Shown here: piece after piece, positions 18,194 to 28,640 of the stretch
How the letters are laid out: each line of letters opens with the position of its first letter
Numbering within the stretch: position 1 is the stretch's first letter
NCBI GenBank assembly: GCA_030613065.1
Contig: JAUWMQ010000003.1
Location: forward strand, 499-64,498
Direction of reading: 5' to 3'
From: Candidatus Aegiribacteria sp.
Lineage (GTDB): Bacteria; Fermentibacterota; Fermentibacteria; Fermentibacterales; JCC-6
DNA: 64,000 nt
The notes under the pieces: model-generated
The model's database searches: none
Told to the model about the DNA's origin: nothing
The model's input: the letters and a program-made list of their open reading frames with translations, nothing else
Made by a program: the position numbers and the translations under genes

Positions 18194-20059
18194 ATGTCCA
18201 TGCTGGAAAGAATTAACGTACCCGGTAACGTATTGGAGCTGACCCTTGAGGAAAGGCTTGCTCTTGTCGATGAGATAAGAAACAGAATCATAGATGTCAT
18301 TCACAGTACAGGAGGGCACCTGGCTTCCAGTCTTGGTGTTGTGGAACTCACCGTGGCACTGCTTTCCGTATATTCACCCCCGGAAGACAGGATCATATGG
18401 GATGTGGGCCATCAGTGTTATCCATGGAAGCTGCTTACGGGAAGAGCCGATCGCTTTCACACGATCCGCCAGTTCGGCGGTTTAAGCGGCTTTCCCAGAA
18501 GGGATGAAAGCCCCTTTGACGCCTTTGGCACCGGACACAGTTCTACCTCCATATCAGCGGCACTGGGTTACGCACTGGCCAGGGATATCAACGGGGAGGA
18601 TTATAAAGTTGTTGCTGTCATTGGTGATGGCGCTATAGGGGGCGGCATGGCTCTTGAAGGCTTGAACCACCTCGGTCATACGGGTGCGGATATGCTCATC
18701 ATCCTCAACGATAACGAAATGTCCATTTCTCCCAATGTCGGAGCCATTTCCCATCACCTGACTCGTCTCATCACAGATCCCAGATATAACAGGATAAAGA
18801 AGGATGTATGGAATGTTCTCGGCAGAATCCCTTCACTGGGTGACAGGGTGAGAAATGCTGCTCATGCAGTGACTTCCGGATTGAAAAAAACTCTTGTTAC
18901 ACCTGATACTCTGTTTGATGATTTTGGTGTACGATACATCGGTCCGATTCCCGGAAACGATCTTGCGGCTCTTACAGGCGTTCTGCAGAGGGTTTCTGAA
19001 ATTCCCGGTCCCGTGCTGCTTCATGTCATCACCAAAAAAGGCAAGGGATTTGAACCCGCTGAGCTTGATGCCACCGGATACCACGGAGTATCCCCACCGG
19101 ATACCATGGGGTATCCGGTGTTTAACGGCAAAAGCAGTAAGAGGGAGACTTTCACAGCCGCTTTCTCCAGAACCATGGTTGAAATGGGGAAGGAAGATGA
19201 CAGGATCGTGGCTATAACCGCTGCAATGCCCGACGGAACCGGGCTTGACAGATTTTCTGCCGAATTTCCCGACAGATTCTTCGATGTTGGAATTGCAGAA
19301 CAGCATGCTGTTACACTTTCCTGCGGGCTTGCCTTCAGCGGCATCAGACCGGTAACTGCCATATACAGCACGTTCCTGCAGAGAGCCCTTGATCAGGTAA
19401 TACACGATGCTGCGCTGCAGAAAGCTCCATTTGTTCTCGCCCTGGACAGGAGCGGAGTCGTAGGGGAAGACGGCCCCACGCATCACGGTGTTTTTGATAT
19501 TGCAATGCTCCTTCCCCTGCCGAATATCAGGATCACGGCACCCAGGAATTGCGCCATGCTTGAAATGCTGCTGAAGAAGGCTGTTAAGTTTGATGAGTCC
19601 CCAACCGCGATAAGATACCCCAGGGGGGAGGAACCGGCTGCCGAATCCGGAAATCCTGAGAGTGTTGAACCGGGAAGAGGTCAGCTTTTAAGGGAAGGTC
19701 ATGATGTCCTTATTATCGGTGTCGGAGTTATGGCACTTTTCGCGATTGAGGCTGCCTTGCTCCTCGCCGGACGAAACATTTCCGCAGCCGTGTACGATCC
19801 AATCTGGCTGAAACCGGCTCCGCTCGAGGAGATAAGATCACTTGCGGAAGTATGCGGCCGGGTGGTTACAGTTGAAGAAGGAAGCGTAGTCGGTGGATTC
19901 GGCTCCTTTATCAGTTCGCATCTGCCAGGCTATTCTATACTTGAAATAGGCATTCCCGATGAATTTCAGCCCCATGCATCAAGAGAGGAGCTCATGCGCC
20001 GCATGGGTCTTGATCCCGATTCACTCGCCGAAAGGATAGGTGATTTTGTTGGTTCATGA
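18194..20059 (+). CDS. dxs: 1-deoxy-D-xylulose-5-phosphate synthase
   Basis: ThDP motif 'GDGAIGGGMALEGLNH' and 'DVGIAEQHAV'. 621 aa. Confidence 0.97.
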   Translation: MSMLERINVPGNVLELTLEERLALVDEIRNRIIDVIHSTGGHLASSLGVVELTVALLSVYSPPEDRIIWDVGHQCYPWKLLTGRADRFHTIRQFGGLSGFPRRDESPFDAFGTGHSSTSISAALGYALARDINGEDYKVVAVIGDGAIGGGMALEGLNHLGHTGADMLIILNDNEMSISPNVGAISHHLTRLITDPRYNRIKKDVWNVLGRIPSLGDRVRNAAHAVTSGLKKTLVTPDTLFDDFGVRYIGPIPGNDLAALTGVLQRVSEIPGPVLLHVITKKGKGFEPAELDATGYHGVSPPDTMGYPVFNGKSSKRETFTAAFSRTMVEMGKEDDRIVAITAAMPDGTGLDRFSAEFPDRFFDVGIAEQHAVTLSCGLAFSGIRPVTAIYSTFLQRALDQVIHDAALQKAPFVLALDRSGVVGEDGPTHHGVFDIAMLLPLPNIRITAPRNCAMLEMLLKKAVKFDESPTAIRYPRGEEPAAESGNPESVEPGRGQLLREGHDVLIIGVGVMALFAIEAALLLAGRNISAAVYDPIWLKPAPLEEIRSLAEVCGRVVTVEEGSVVGGFGSFISSHLPGYSILEIGIPDEFQPHASREELMRRMGLDPDSLAERIGDFVGS

Positions 20060-20909
20060 ACCCGCGGTTGTCAGAAGACTCTGTCTTTACGTCGACAGGT
20101 TCAATCCGCCGTACGCCGGGCTGATAAAAAACCTCATATCACATTGCGTAAAGTACGGTATATCTCTCAGATCGGCAGTTCCATCCTTTGACCATCTGAA
20201 GGATTTCGATATCCCGGAAAGTGACATTTGCGACATGGCGATAGTACTGGGTGGTGATGGAACGATTCTTCGTGGAATGGGATACTTCAAGGAGTTGAAT
20301 ACTCCCGTGCTGGGCGTGAACGCCGGTCATCTCGGCTTTATTGCGAGTGCTGAACAGACCTGTATTGAGAGAACAATAGAACGGATAGCCGAAGGTGATT
20401 ATTACATAGATACAACCCCTGTACTCAGGGCTGAATTTCCCTCAGAGCAAGCCATTACAGCCATTAACGATTTCACCGTCAACCGCTCGATGATCGGCGG
20501 AATACTGCATTTCAATCTCTACATTGACAGCACTAATGTCGCTCATGTGGCCGGTGACGGGCTTGTTATCTCAACGCCATTCGGATCAACGGCGTACAGT
20601 CTTTCATGTGGAGGTCCGATACTTGATCCGGGACTTCCGGCTATCCTGGTTGTTCCAATATGCCCGCATTCACTATCTCTCAGGCCCCTTGTCGTATCCG
20701 ATAACAGTAATATTTCGGTTGAGATATGTGACCTAAGAGGCCCCGGTCCGGTTGTATCCGCGGACGGGTCGCCTTGCGTGACTCTGAAATCCGGCGAGAT
20801 ACTGAAGGTAACCAGGGGGCCGGGATCATGCATGAGCGTCAGATTTCTCGATGAACCCGAATTTTACACCAGGCTGGGCCTGAAGCTTGGATGGGGAGTA
20901 AGAGGTTAA
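20040..20909 (+). CDS. nadK: NAD+ kinase
   Basis: 'VLGGDGTILR' and 'GDGLVISTPFGSTAYSLSCGGPIL' motifs. The start codon is uncertain (GTG 20040 overlaps the end of dxs). Confidence 0.85.
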   Translation: MILLVHEPAVVRRLCLYVDRFNPPYAGLIKNLISHCVKYGISLRSAVPSFDHLKDFDIPESDICDMAIVLGGDGTILRGMGYFKELNTPVLGVNAGHLGFIASAEQTCIERTIERIAEGDYYIDTTPVLRAEFPSEQAITAINDFTVNRSMIGGILHFNLYIDSTNVAHVAGDGLVISTPFGSTAYSLSCGGPILDPGLPAILVVPICPHSLSLRPLVVSDNSNISVEICDLRGPGPVVSADGSPCVTLKSGEILKVTRGPGSCMSVRFLDEPEFYTRLGLKLGWGVRG

Positions 20910-20910
20910 T

Positions 20911-22569
20911 ATGCTGGCCAGCCTTACACTCAGAAATCTGGCAACAATAAGTGATACATCGATAGAATTTGAGCATGGACTGAACATACTTACAGGTGAA
21001 ACCGGCGCCGGTAAATCCATTCTGATCGACGGCATTCTGCTGGCCCTTGGAGAACGGGCTGATACAACACTGATCAGACCCGGATCGAATGCAGCCAGCG
21101 TCGAAGCAATGTTTGTTTCGGAAGAAGGGGCGGAGTTCCTTGTTAGAAGAGAGGTAAGGTCACAGGGCAGGAGCCGTTATTTCATTAACGATGAGCTGAC
21201 AACCCTGGAAGACGGCAGAAATCTTATAGCAGGTTTTGTTGACCTTCATTCGCAGAGTTCAACCCCTGCGTTACTGCGGCGCCATGTGCAGAGAGCCGCA
21301 ATCGATGAATTCAGCGGCAGCGCAGACCTGGCCTGCAAACTCAGCATCGGGTTTGGGGAATACAGTTCTCTCCTCACGCGATCGGATGAACTGCGTGCTC
21401 AGCTTTCGGCAGTTGCGGATAAGAGGGATATAGCTCAGCATGAACTTTCCCTGATTGATAAGCTCGACCCCTCATCAGAGGATTACAACAGCCTTATGTT
21501 CGAAAGGCGCGAGCTCGAAGCTGTCCGGAACGGTGCTGAGATCCTTGGGAAAATTTCAGAGGGTATTTCGGGGGATGACGGTATCCTTGATTCTCTTGGA
21601 GCATTCCGGCATTCCCTTGCCAATTCCGGAATAGAAACGAAGGATGCCCTTGAACTTATCGAGCAGGCGGAAATTGCTTTGACTGAAGCCTCATCAGAAT
21701 GTGAAAGCATGCTTTCCAGAATAGATAATGCCCCCTGGCGGATTCAGGAGATTGATGACAGACTTGATGCTTACTCTTCCGTAATGGGCAGGTGCGGCGG
21801 GACCATGGAGCATCTTCTCAGCAGGCGCTCCCAGCTTAACTCGGAGCTGCAGCGGTACGATCTTCTGGAGAGGGAGGATGAGCAACTGCAGAAAACCATC
21901 CCTTCGTTAGCCGATAGTCTGCATTACACCGCGGTTGCGCTATCCGAATCCAGAAAAAAGGGAGCTGAGGAGCTGGAGAGATCGGTCCAGAATGAGCTGA
22001 GACTGCTCGGTATGCCCGATGCGGCCTTCCTTGTCAGGATGAACAATCCTCCCGAGAATAGATCATTCATAATTGATGATTTAAGCATCTGTTCCGAAGG
22101 GTGTGAGATGCCGGAGTTCTTTTTCAGCGCGAACCCGGGGATGAAACCAGGTCCTTTATCATCAGTAGCCAGCGGCGGCGAGATGTCCAGAGTGAGCCTT
22201 GTTCTTAAACTGGCGCTGGCAAGTATAACCCAGGCGCCTACAATGGTATTTGATGAAATCGACAGCGGCATAGGAGGAGAGACGGCAAATCTTCTGGCCG
22301 ATTCCCTTGGTAGAGTTTCCCGGACAAGGCAGGTTATTGTAATCACGCATCTGCCGCAGATAGCCTCGAAGCCCTGCAGGCATCTTGCGGTATCAAAGGA
22401 GATCGTCAGCGGGCTGCCTGTCACTCGCGTGGATGTCCTGTCTGACAGGGGCAGGAGGATAGAGGAGCTTGCCAGGCTGTTAGGCGGGGGAGGAGCCGCC
22501 ATGGAGCATGCCGGGAAGATGATAGATACTGATAGTGTTCAGGATGAAAGCGGGGAAGAGCAGCCATGA
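20911..22569 (+). CDS. recN: DNA repair protein RecN
   Basis: Walker A 'GETGAGKSILIDGI', a central coiled coil, and C-terminal 'ASGGEMSRVSL...VFDEIDSGIGG'. Confidence 0.95.
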   Translation: MLASLTLRNLATISDTSIEFEHGLNILTGETGAGKSILIDGILLALGERADTTLIRPGSNAASVEAMFVSEEGAEFLVRREVRSQGRSRYFINDELTTLEDGRNLIAGFVDLHSQSSTPALLRRHVQRAAIDEFSGSADLACKLSIGFGEYSSLLTRSDELRAQLSAVADKRDIAQHELSLIDKLDPSSEDYNSLMFERRELEAVRNGAEILGKISEGISGDDGILDSLGAFRHSLANSGIETKDALELIEQAEIALTEASSECESMLSRIDNAPWRIQEIDDRLDAYSSVMGRCGGTMEHLLSRRSQLNSELQRYDLLEREDEQLQKTIPSLADSLHYTAVALSESRKKGAEELERSVQNELRLLGMPDAAFLVRMNNPPENRSFIIDDLSICSEGCEMPEFFFSANPGMKPGPLSSVASGGEMSRVSLVLKLALASITQAPTMVFDEIDSGIGGETANLLADSLGRVSRTRQVIVITHLPQIASKPCRHLAVSKEIVSGLPVTRVDVLSDRGRRIEELARLLGGGGAAMEHAGKMIDTDSVQDESGEEQP

Positions 22570-23135
22570 AGGGTCCTGTTATCAACATTCCTAACCTTAT
22601 AAGCCTGAGCAGGATCCCTCTTGCAATCATCGCCTGTGTACTCCTGGTTCAGAAAAGCATTATCCCGGTTGTTGTCGTGATACTAGTGGGCGTTTTTTCG
22701 GACGTTATTGACGGGGTTGTAGCAAGAAAAACCGATTCCATAAGTGACTGGGGTAAGATCTTAGATCCTCTCGCCGACAAGATAGCCATTGGTGTGTTCA
22801 TTATTACACTCGCCATTCTTGGAGCTGTTCCATTGTGGTTCGTCATCCTGTTTCTGACAAGAGATGCGATCATTGCCGCAGGAGGACTCTTTGTTACAAA
22901 GAGACTTGGCTCACCTCCATCTTCCAACAGATGGGGTAAATACTCATCCCTTATTATATCAGTTTATCTCACTTCCTCAGCAGTATCCTACATGCTGGAC
23001 ACGACCCTGTGGCCTTCGGGGCTGATTCTGGCAGGGCTCGATCCTCTGGGTCTTCTTTCCCTCGGGTTTGTCCTGGTGAGCCTTTTTGTCTATTTTTCTG
23101 AATCCGTAAAAAAGCTCCGAGTACTTCGGGGATAA
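22566..23135 (+). CDS. CDP-alcohol phosphatidyltransferase family protein (PgsA-like)
   Basis: Complete DG(x2)AR(x8)G(x3)D(x3)D motif: 'DVIDGVVARKTDSISDWGKILDPLAD'. Multi-TM. Confidence 0.8.
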   Translation: MKGPVINIPNLISLSRIPLAIIACVLLVQKSIIPVVVVILVGVFSDVIDGVVARKTDSISDWGKILDPLADKIAIGVFIITLAILGAVPLWFVILFLTRDAIIAAGGLFVTKRLGSPPSSNRWGKYSSLIISVYLTSSAVSYMLDTTLWPSGLILAGLDPLGLLSLGFVLVSLFVYFSESVKKLRVLRG

Positions 23136-23322
23136 CGTTAGGAGTGTGTCTGACAATGTACATTGAGCAGAAGATTCTCACAGCTGAGATAGAATGCTCG
23201 GAGATTTGAGGAGAATACTGGATGTATTTGACGATAAAGTGCGAGTATTATAGCCAGCTGTGTGGGTTTTATGCCAATGGTTCATTGTCGGACAGGCTCC
23301 TAGCTGACAGGAGCATCATCAC

Positions 23323-26300
23323 TTGTATCTGAAAAGGCTCGAAATAGTAGGTTTTAAGTCGTTTGCGGATGCCTTCGAAATGGAGTTTCAAGAAGGTATC
23401 TCATGCATTGTCGGACCCAACGGATGCGGTAAAAGCAATATCGCCGATGCCATCCGATGGGCGCTGGGCTCCCAGAGTCCCACGGAACTTCGCGCTGACC
23501 GCATGGAGGATGTAATCTTTTCCGGCACAGTTCAGAGAAAATCACAGGGAATGGCGGAAGTGGTTCTCACCTTTGATAACTCAGGAAGAGAACTGGATCT
23601 GGATTTTGATGAGGTGACCGTTACCAGAAGACTCTTCAGGTCCGGGGACAGCGAATACCTTCTGAACGGCAGCAGGTGCAGGCTGATGGATGTTACGGAT
23701 ATCATTGTTGACCTGGGTCTTGGCAGCAATGGATACTGGATTCTCGAGAAGAATATGACCAAGACTATGATCGAGAGCGGTCCCTCCGATAGAAGGTTCC
23801 TCTTTGACGAGGCTGCAGGAATAATCAAATACAAACTGCAGCGTCACCGTGCAGAGCTCAAGCTGAACGCGGCGGGAGCTGACCTAGAGAGACTGGACGA
23901 TATCATTTACGAAGTAGAGCGCAACGTCAGTTCCCTTAAGAGCCAGGTCTCCGCATTCAGAAGATGGGAAAAAGCTGAAAGGCAGGTCACCGAAATCCGC
24001 GGCCTGATGGAGCACAGAACGCTGCAGGAATCAGAGAAAAATCTCAAGAAGCTCGAAGAGAAGATGAAACTGTGCATGGGGCGTGAACAGAAAGCTACAG
24101 CAGCTGTTGCAGCAGCTGCCGCAAGGCAGAGTCAGGCCAGGGTCGCTCTCGATAAATCTCAGATCCGTCTTGATAGTGAACATGCCAGATGCGCTGTTCT
24201 GGACGGCGAGATGAGCAGTATTCATGAGCAGCTCGCGGTTACCGAAGAGCGGAGTCGGAATACTTCTTCACGGATAGAGAGTTCCCTGCGGGAATCAACC
24301 ATTGAGAAAAAGAGGGCGGAAGTCCTCAGGCAGGACGCTAATGAGCTGATCAATCGTGAGGTTTCACTTAATAAGCAGATAAGTAATGCGGAGAGGAACC
24401 TTAATAAGGCTTCATGCGGCACTGAACAGGCTGAAAAGCACTTCGCTGAATCAACCTCGGAACTTGAGAAAGTACGGGAAGAGTACCGAATAATATCGGA
24501 TTCGATGCAGTCTTTTCAGAAAGAGTATACCGATAACCTTCGCGGCAGGGAGAGGGCAAGACAGGAGATCGAGCATGCCCTTGATCGAAAGCAGGAGCTT
24601 GAATCGGCTGCTATGGAACTTGAAAACAACCTCAAAGAAGCGAAAACAAGACTCGAAGAGATCAGAACCGAGAAGAAAATGCTCGAGACAGGACTTGGAG
24701 AAACACGTGCAGCCCGTGAGGATATTTCCGGTGAGATATCCGAGGTTCAGTCGTTGATCCGTTCCATAGAAATGGCAGCAGGCCTGCTTCAGGCCAGGAT
24801 CAAAGGCCTGAGAGAGGCAAAACCTTCGTTGGATTCCGATCATCCGGTGATATCCTCCCGCATGACAGTCCGCGAAGGAATGGGTATAGCTGTGGGAGCA
24901 TGGCTTGATTCATTCCAGAACTCGATGATCTGGAGCAGTCCAGGAGTTCTTCCCGATGGAAACAATGGTGAGCGGTATTACCTGGACTTCAGGGAACCGG
25001 ACAGACCTGAACTTCCGGAGGGGGCCGTCTGGCTTCCTGACTGCCTTGAAGAGGATTCCCACAACAGTCTCAGAAATCTGTTTGCCGGAGCGATTGTAGC
25101 TCCGGACAGGGAAAAGGCTGCACAGTGGTTTTTCAGCGGCACTGATCTGGATATTGTTACGATAGAAGGTGATCTGTTCCGGCATGATGGTCTTGTAAGG
25201 CTGGGGGTCCCGGAATCCGGGGGGGGAGTGATCGAGAGGGAAGCGCTGGCTCTTGAAGCGGAAAAGAAAGCTCTTGACCGTATGCATGAATTGGAAACGT
25301 ATCGGAAACAGGAAACGGAACTTCTGGAGAAATTAAAAGTATACGAAGCCTCCTTTGAGAATTTGCGCGTGCAGATATCCATCAACGAGAAGGAAGAGGC
25401 ATCCCTGCAGGCCACCGCCACAGGCTACGGGATCAGACTGAGCGAACTGCATTCCGAATCGAAAGCTATTGAGGATAAGCTTCCAGTTCTCCTGAAGGCC
25501 TCACTTGAGCAGGATTCAGTGGAGGATACGGAAAAATTGCAGCTTTCCAGAGATGATATGAACCGGCTTTCAGTTTCTGTGCTGGAAATAGAGAAGCGGA
25601 GGGAGAACCTTGGCGTCGAACTCAACAGCCTGATCAGGGAGGAGAACAGTGCTAAACTTGAGCTCACTTCTCACGTGACATCATTGAAGCAGACAGAAAC
25701 CGATAAAAAGCGTCTCCTGGCTGGCTCATCAGAAGCATTGGAAAGAAGCTGTGAGATCGATGAGAGGATCGGGGAGCTGAGGGATGCCCTGACCGCCCTT
25801 AACGATTTAATTGCGGAGTTCAGAGTGAAGCTTGAGGATCTTACCGTCCGCAGGGAGGAAGCCGAGAACAGCAGGACCGAAGCAAGCAGAGAACGGGCTG
25901 ACTGGCTGGAGAGATCGAAACATGCTGATGAGGAATTGATTCTGCAGAGGGAGGAACTATCACTTTCCCGTGAAGAGAGAACTTCGGTATCAGGTGAGAT
26001 GGAAATCCTCAGAGTCCATTTCGAAGAACTCAACGAGAAGGAGCTGACGCTGCCCGGTGAGAACAGTCGATTCTGGGATCATTCCAATGAGAAGCTTACC
26101 GCAGAGCTTGAAAAGCAGATGGGATACAGAGAGAATCTGGGTCCGGTGAACATGCTGGCTGTGGCCGAATATGAGGAAGCCAGTAAGCGCGTTGAATTCC
26201 TTGACGCACAGAGAAAAGATCTAAAAGAAGCCATGGAATCCCTTCTGAGCGCCATCGGCGAAATCAACAGAACTGCTGTCAAAAAGTTCGATGAAACATT

Positions 26301-26754
26301 CGTTGAGGTCAGGAAGCATTTCAAGGATACGTTCACAAGTCTTTTCGGCGGTGGGGAGGCTGACATAATTGCACTGGCTTCGGAGGATCCTCTTGAGGGT
26401 GGAGTGCAGATCGTAGCCAGACCTCCGGGCAAAAAACTTGAGAATATCACGGCGCTTTCAAGCGGTGAACAGGCCATGACCGCAGCTGCACTTCTTTTCG
26501 CCCTTTACCTTGTGAAACCGTCTCCCTTCTGCATGCTTGATGAGCTGGATGCTCCGCTGGACGACACGAACGTGGATAATTACATCAAACTACTCAAAGG
26601 ATTTGTAGATAGAACCCAGTTCATCGTCGTCACCCATAACAAGAGAACGATGGAAGCCGCAGACCATCTTTTCGGAATAACCATGGCGGAAAAGGGTGTT
26701 TCATCCATGGCTTCAGTCAGCCTTACAAAAGCCCGTAAGATCAATGAAGGCTGA
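23323..26754 (+). CDS. smc: Chromosome segregation protein SMC
   Basis: TTG start. 'YLKRLEIVGFKSF', Walker A 'GPNGCGKSNIADAI', long coiled coils with a hinge, signature 'LSSGEQ', and Walker B 'FCMLDELDAPLD'. Confidence 0.95.
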   Translation: MYLKRLEIVGFKSFADAFEMEFQEGISCIVGPNGCGKSNIADAIRWALGSQSPTELRADRMEDVIFSGTVQRKSQGMAEVVLTFDNSGRELDLDFDEVTVTRRLFRSGDSEYLLNGSRCRLMDVTDIIVDLGLGSNGYWILEKNMTKTMIESGPSDRRFLFDEAAGIIKYKLQRHRAELKLNAAGADLERLDDIIYEVERNVSSLKSQVSAFRRWEKAERQVTEIRGLMEHRTLQESEKNLKKLEEKMKLCMGREQKATAAVAAAAARQSQARVALDKSQIRLDSEHARCAVLDGEMSSIHEQLAVTEERSRNTSSRIESSLRESTIEKKRAEVLRQDANELINREVSLNKQISNAERNLNKASCGTEQAEKHFAESTSELEKVREEYRIISDSMQSFQKEYTDNLRGRERARQEIEHALDRKQELESAAMELENNLKEAKTRLEEIRTEKKMLETGLGETRAAREDISGEISEVQSLIRSIEMAAGLLQARIKGLREAKPSLDSDHPVISSRMTVREGMGIAVGAWLDSFQNSMIWSSPGVLPDGNNGERYYLDFREPDRPELPEGAVWLPDCLEEDSHNSLRNLFAGAIVAPDREKAAQWFFSGTDLDIVTIEGDLFRHDGLVRLGVPESGGGVIEREALALEAEKKALDRMHELETYRKQETELLEKLKVYEASFENLRVQISINEKEEASLQATATGYGIRLSELHSESKAIEDKLPVLLKASLEQDSVEDTEKLQLSRDDMNRLSVSVLEIEKRRENLGVELNSLIREENSAKLELTSHVTSLKQTETDKKRLLAGSSEALERSCEIDERIGELRDALTALNDLIAEFRVKLEDLTVRREEAENSRTEASRERADWLERSKHADEELILQREELSLSREERTSVSGEMEILRVHFEELNEKELTLPGENSRFWDHSNEKLTAELEKQMGYRENLGPVNMLAVAEYEEASKRVEFLDAQRKDLKEAMESLLSAIGEINRTAVKKFDETFVEVRKHFKDTFTSLFGGGEADIIALASEDPLEGGVQIVARPPGKKLENITALSSGEQAMTAAALLFALYLVKPSPFCMLDELDAPLDDTNVDNYIKLLKGFVDRTQFIVVTHNKRTMEAADHLFGITMAEKGVSSMASVSLTKARKINEG

Positions 26755-26762
26755 GCGCTTCA

Positions 26763-27659
26763 GTGGCTTTTAGTCTGAAAGGAAAACTCAGGAGAAGCAG
26801 TGACGCTCTCAGCGGAAAACTTGGCAGGCTTTTCGGGGCTGCTGCTTTTGAAGATGCAGATCTGGTGAAGATGGAAGAGATTCTCCTTGGAAGTGACCTT
26901 GGATGGGAGCTTACCGAGAAAGTAATCGATGAACTCCCCAGGAAGGTCAGAAGATCAGGAATGCCCTGGAGGGAAGCTCTGGCTTTGATCCTGATCGAGA
27001 ACACGCTTCTTCCAGAATTCGAGACCGTCGCGGCCAAACCCTTTGTGACTGTTGTAGTAGGCGTGAACGGTGCTGGAAAGACTACAACAATTGCACGTCT
27101 TGCAGCAAGGCTCCAGAGGAGAAACGAAAAGGTACTTATTGCATGCGCTGATACATTCAGGGCTGCGGCTGCTGAACAACTCAAGATATGGGCTGAAAGA
27201 CTCGGGACAGCAGTGCTTACCCAGCTGCCCGGATCCGATGCGGCGGCAATAGCATTTGATGCCGTTAAACGAGGTCTCAGCAGAGACTACGATTCAGTGA
27301 TAATAGATACAGCGGGAAGACTTCCCAACAAGAAGGGGCTTCTCGACGAACTGGCTAAGATCCACAGAGTGTGCGGTAAAGCGATGGAGTCTGCACCACA
27401 CGAAGTACTGCTGGTCCTGGATGGAACTGTTGGTCAGAACGCCAGAGCCCAGACTGAGCAGTTTATGAAGGCTTTACCTGTTACAGGACTTGTGGTTACT
27501 AAGCTTGATGGAACAGCCAGGGGAGGATCCGTACTGGCAATGGCCAGCCAGCTGAGCATACCGGTCAGGTATATAGGTGTGGGTGAGGGAAGCGAAGATC
27601 TTCTTGATTTCAATCTGGAATCCTACGTACGTGCGCTGCTGGGTATGGCGGACGAATAA
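26763..27659 (+). CDS. ftsY: Signal recognition particle receptor FtsY (short form)
   Basis: 'GVNGAGKTTTIARLA', 'DTAGR', 'TKLDGTARGG'. GTG start. Confidence 0.93.
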   Translation: MAFSLKGKLRRSSDALSGKLGRLFGAAAFEDADLVKMEEILLGSDLGWELTEKVIDELPRKVRRSGMPWREALALILIENTLLPEFETVAAKPFVTVVVGVNGAGKTTTIARLAARLQRRNEKVLIACADTFRAAAAEQLKIWAERLGTAVLTQLPGSDAAAIAFDAVKRGLSRDYDSVIIDTAGRLPNKKGLLDELAKIHRVCGKAMESAPHEVLLVLDGTVGQNARAQTEQFMKALPVTGLVVTKLDGTARGGSVLAMASQLSIPVRYIGVGEGSEDLLDFNLESYVRALLGMADE

Positions 27660-28399
27660 TGCTGAAAATTGAGAACCTCTCCAAAGCTTACGGAGATAAG
27701 AAGGCTGTTATTGATCTTTCTCTGGACATACCTTCCGGCGAGGTATTCGGGCTCCTCGGGCCGAACGGTGCTGGTAAGACAACGACTCTGAAAATGATAC
27801 CAGGTCTTGTAGTACCTGACAGGGGCCGGATTGTAGTTAATTCCGTAGACGCATCAGAGGATCCCGATGGGGCACGGGCCATGATCGCCTATGTACCCGA
27901 TGAACCGACCATGTATCCCAGGCTGTCCGGCAGAGAATTTCTCAGGTTCACAGGCAGAATGAGAGATATTCCTCCGGATGAACTGGAGAGGAGAATAGCT
28001 TTCCATGAGGAGCTTTTCAATATGGGTGGTTGGCTTGACGGCAGGGCCGAGGGATATTCCCACGGCATGATCCAGAGAGTTGTTCTCTCCGTGGCTTTTA
28101 TAGCGCGTCCGGCCCTATACGTAATTGATGAACCCCATGTGGGACTTGATCCCGCGACCGCTGAAACTTTCAACAGGATGGGCAGGGCTGCCGCAGCTTC
28201 AGGGGCAGCGATTATACTTTCAACACATACACTTCCAGTGGCAAGGGCTTTTTGCGACAGGCTGGGTATTATACATGAAGGGCAGCTTATAGAGGTCTTC
28301 AGAACTGACCAGATCGGCGGAGAAGACCTGCAGGATATCTTCTTCAGAATTACCGGTACCGGACCCGCCGATGTATCAAACTTCTTCTCGGGGACGTAG
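27659..28399 (+). CDS. ABC transporter ATP-binding protein (ABC-2 type), with no cognate permease adjacent
   Basis: Walker A 'GPNGAGKTT', a degenerate signature 'YSHGMIQR', and Walker B 'LYVIDEP'. Confidence 0.9.
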   Translation: MLKIENLSKAYGDKKAVIDLSLDIPSGEVFGLLGPNGAGKTTTLKMIPGLVVPDRGRIVVNSVDASEDPDGARAMIAYVPDEPTMYPRLSGREFLRFTGRMRDIPPDELERRIAFHEELFNMGGWLDGRAEGYSHGMIQRVVLSVAFIARPALYVIDEPHVGLDPATAETFNRMGRAAAASGAAIILSTHTLPVARAFCDRLGIIHEGQLIEVFRTDQIGGEDLQDIFFRITGTGPADVSNFFSGT

Positions 28400-28527
28400 C
28401 ACACTTCTTCAACTTACTGGTGCAATTAATATAACAATTATAATTCAATCAACGAATATGCTGAATTTATAATAAATTATCTTATAAATGCAATTTCTTT
28501 ATCTGCTAAAAAAATGAATGCATTCAA

Positions 28528-28591
28528 TTGATAATATTAGCGGATATTGAATAGAATCAGGATTCATAAGCAAGATACCTGATATCGTTGA
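28528..28591 (+). repeat. Left copy of a ~60-bp diverged direct repeat flanking the secreted-protein gene
   Basis: A hand alignment to 29432-29492 gives about 45/55 identical positions: TTGATAATATTAGCGGATATTGAATAGAATCAGGATTCATAAGCAAGATACC... Confidence 0.6.
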
Positions 28592-28640
28592 GGAGAGGGA
28601 ATGAGGGGGGACCGGACGCTATGCCAGGCCCCATTTTGTG

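Noticed and set aside
23354-26477. A series of 60-147-aa ORFs on the minus strand inside smc (for example 24978-25421, 25671-26033, 26079-26477)
   Set aside because: They are antisense to a gene with unmistakable SMC motifs. Their Ser/Leu/Arg-rich low-complexity translations are what the reverse complement of GAG/AAG/CTG-rich coiled-coil coding sequence produces. No Shine-Dalgarno sites.
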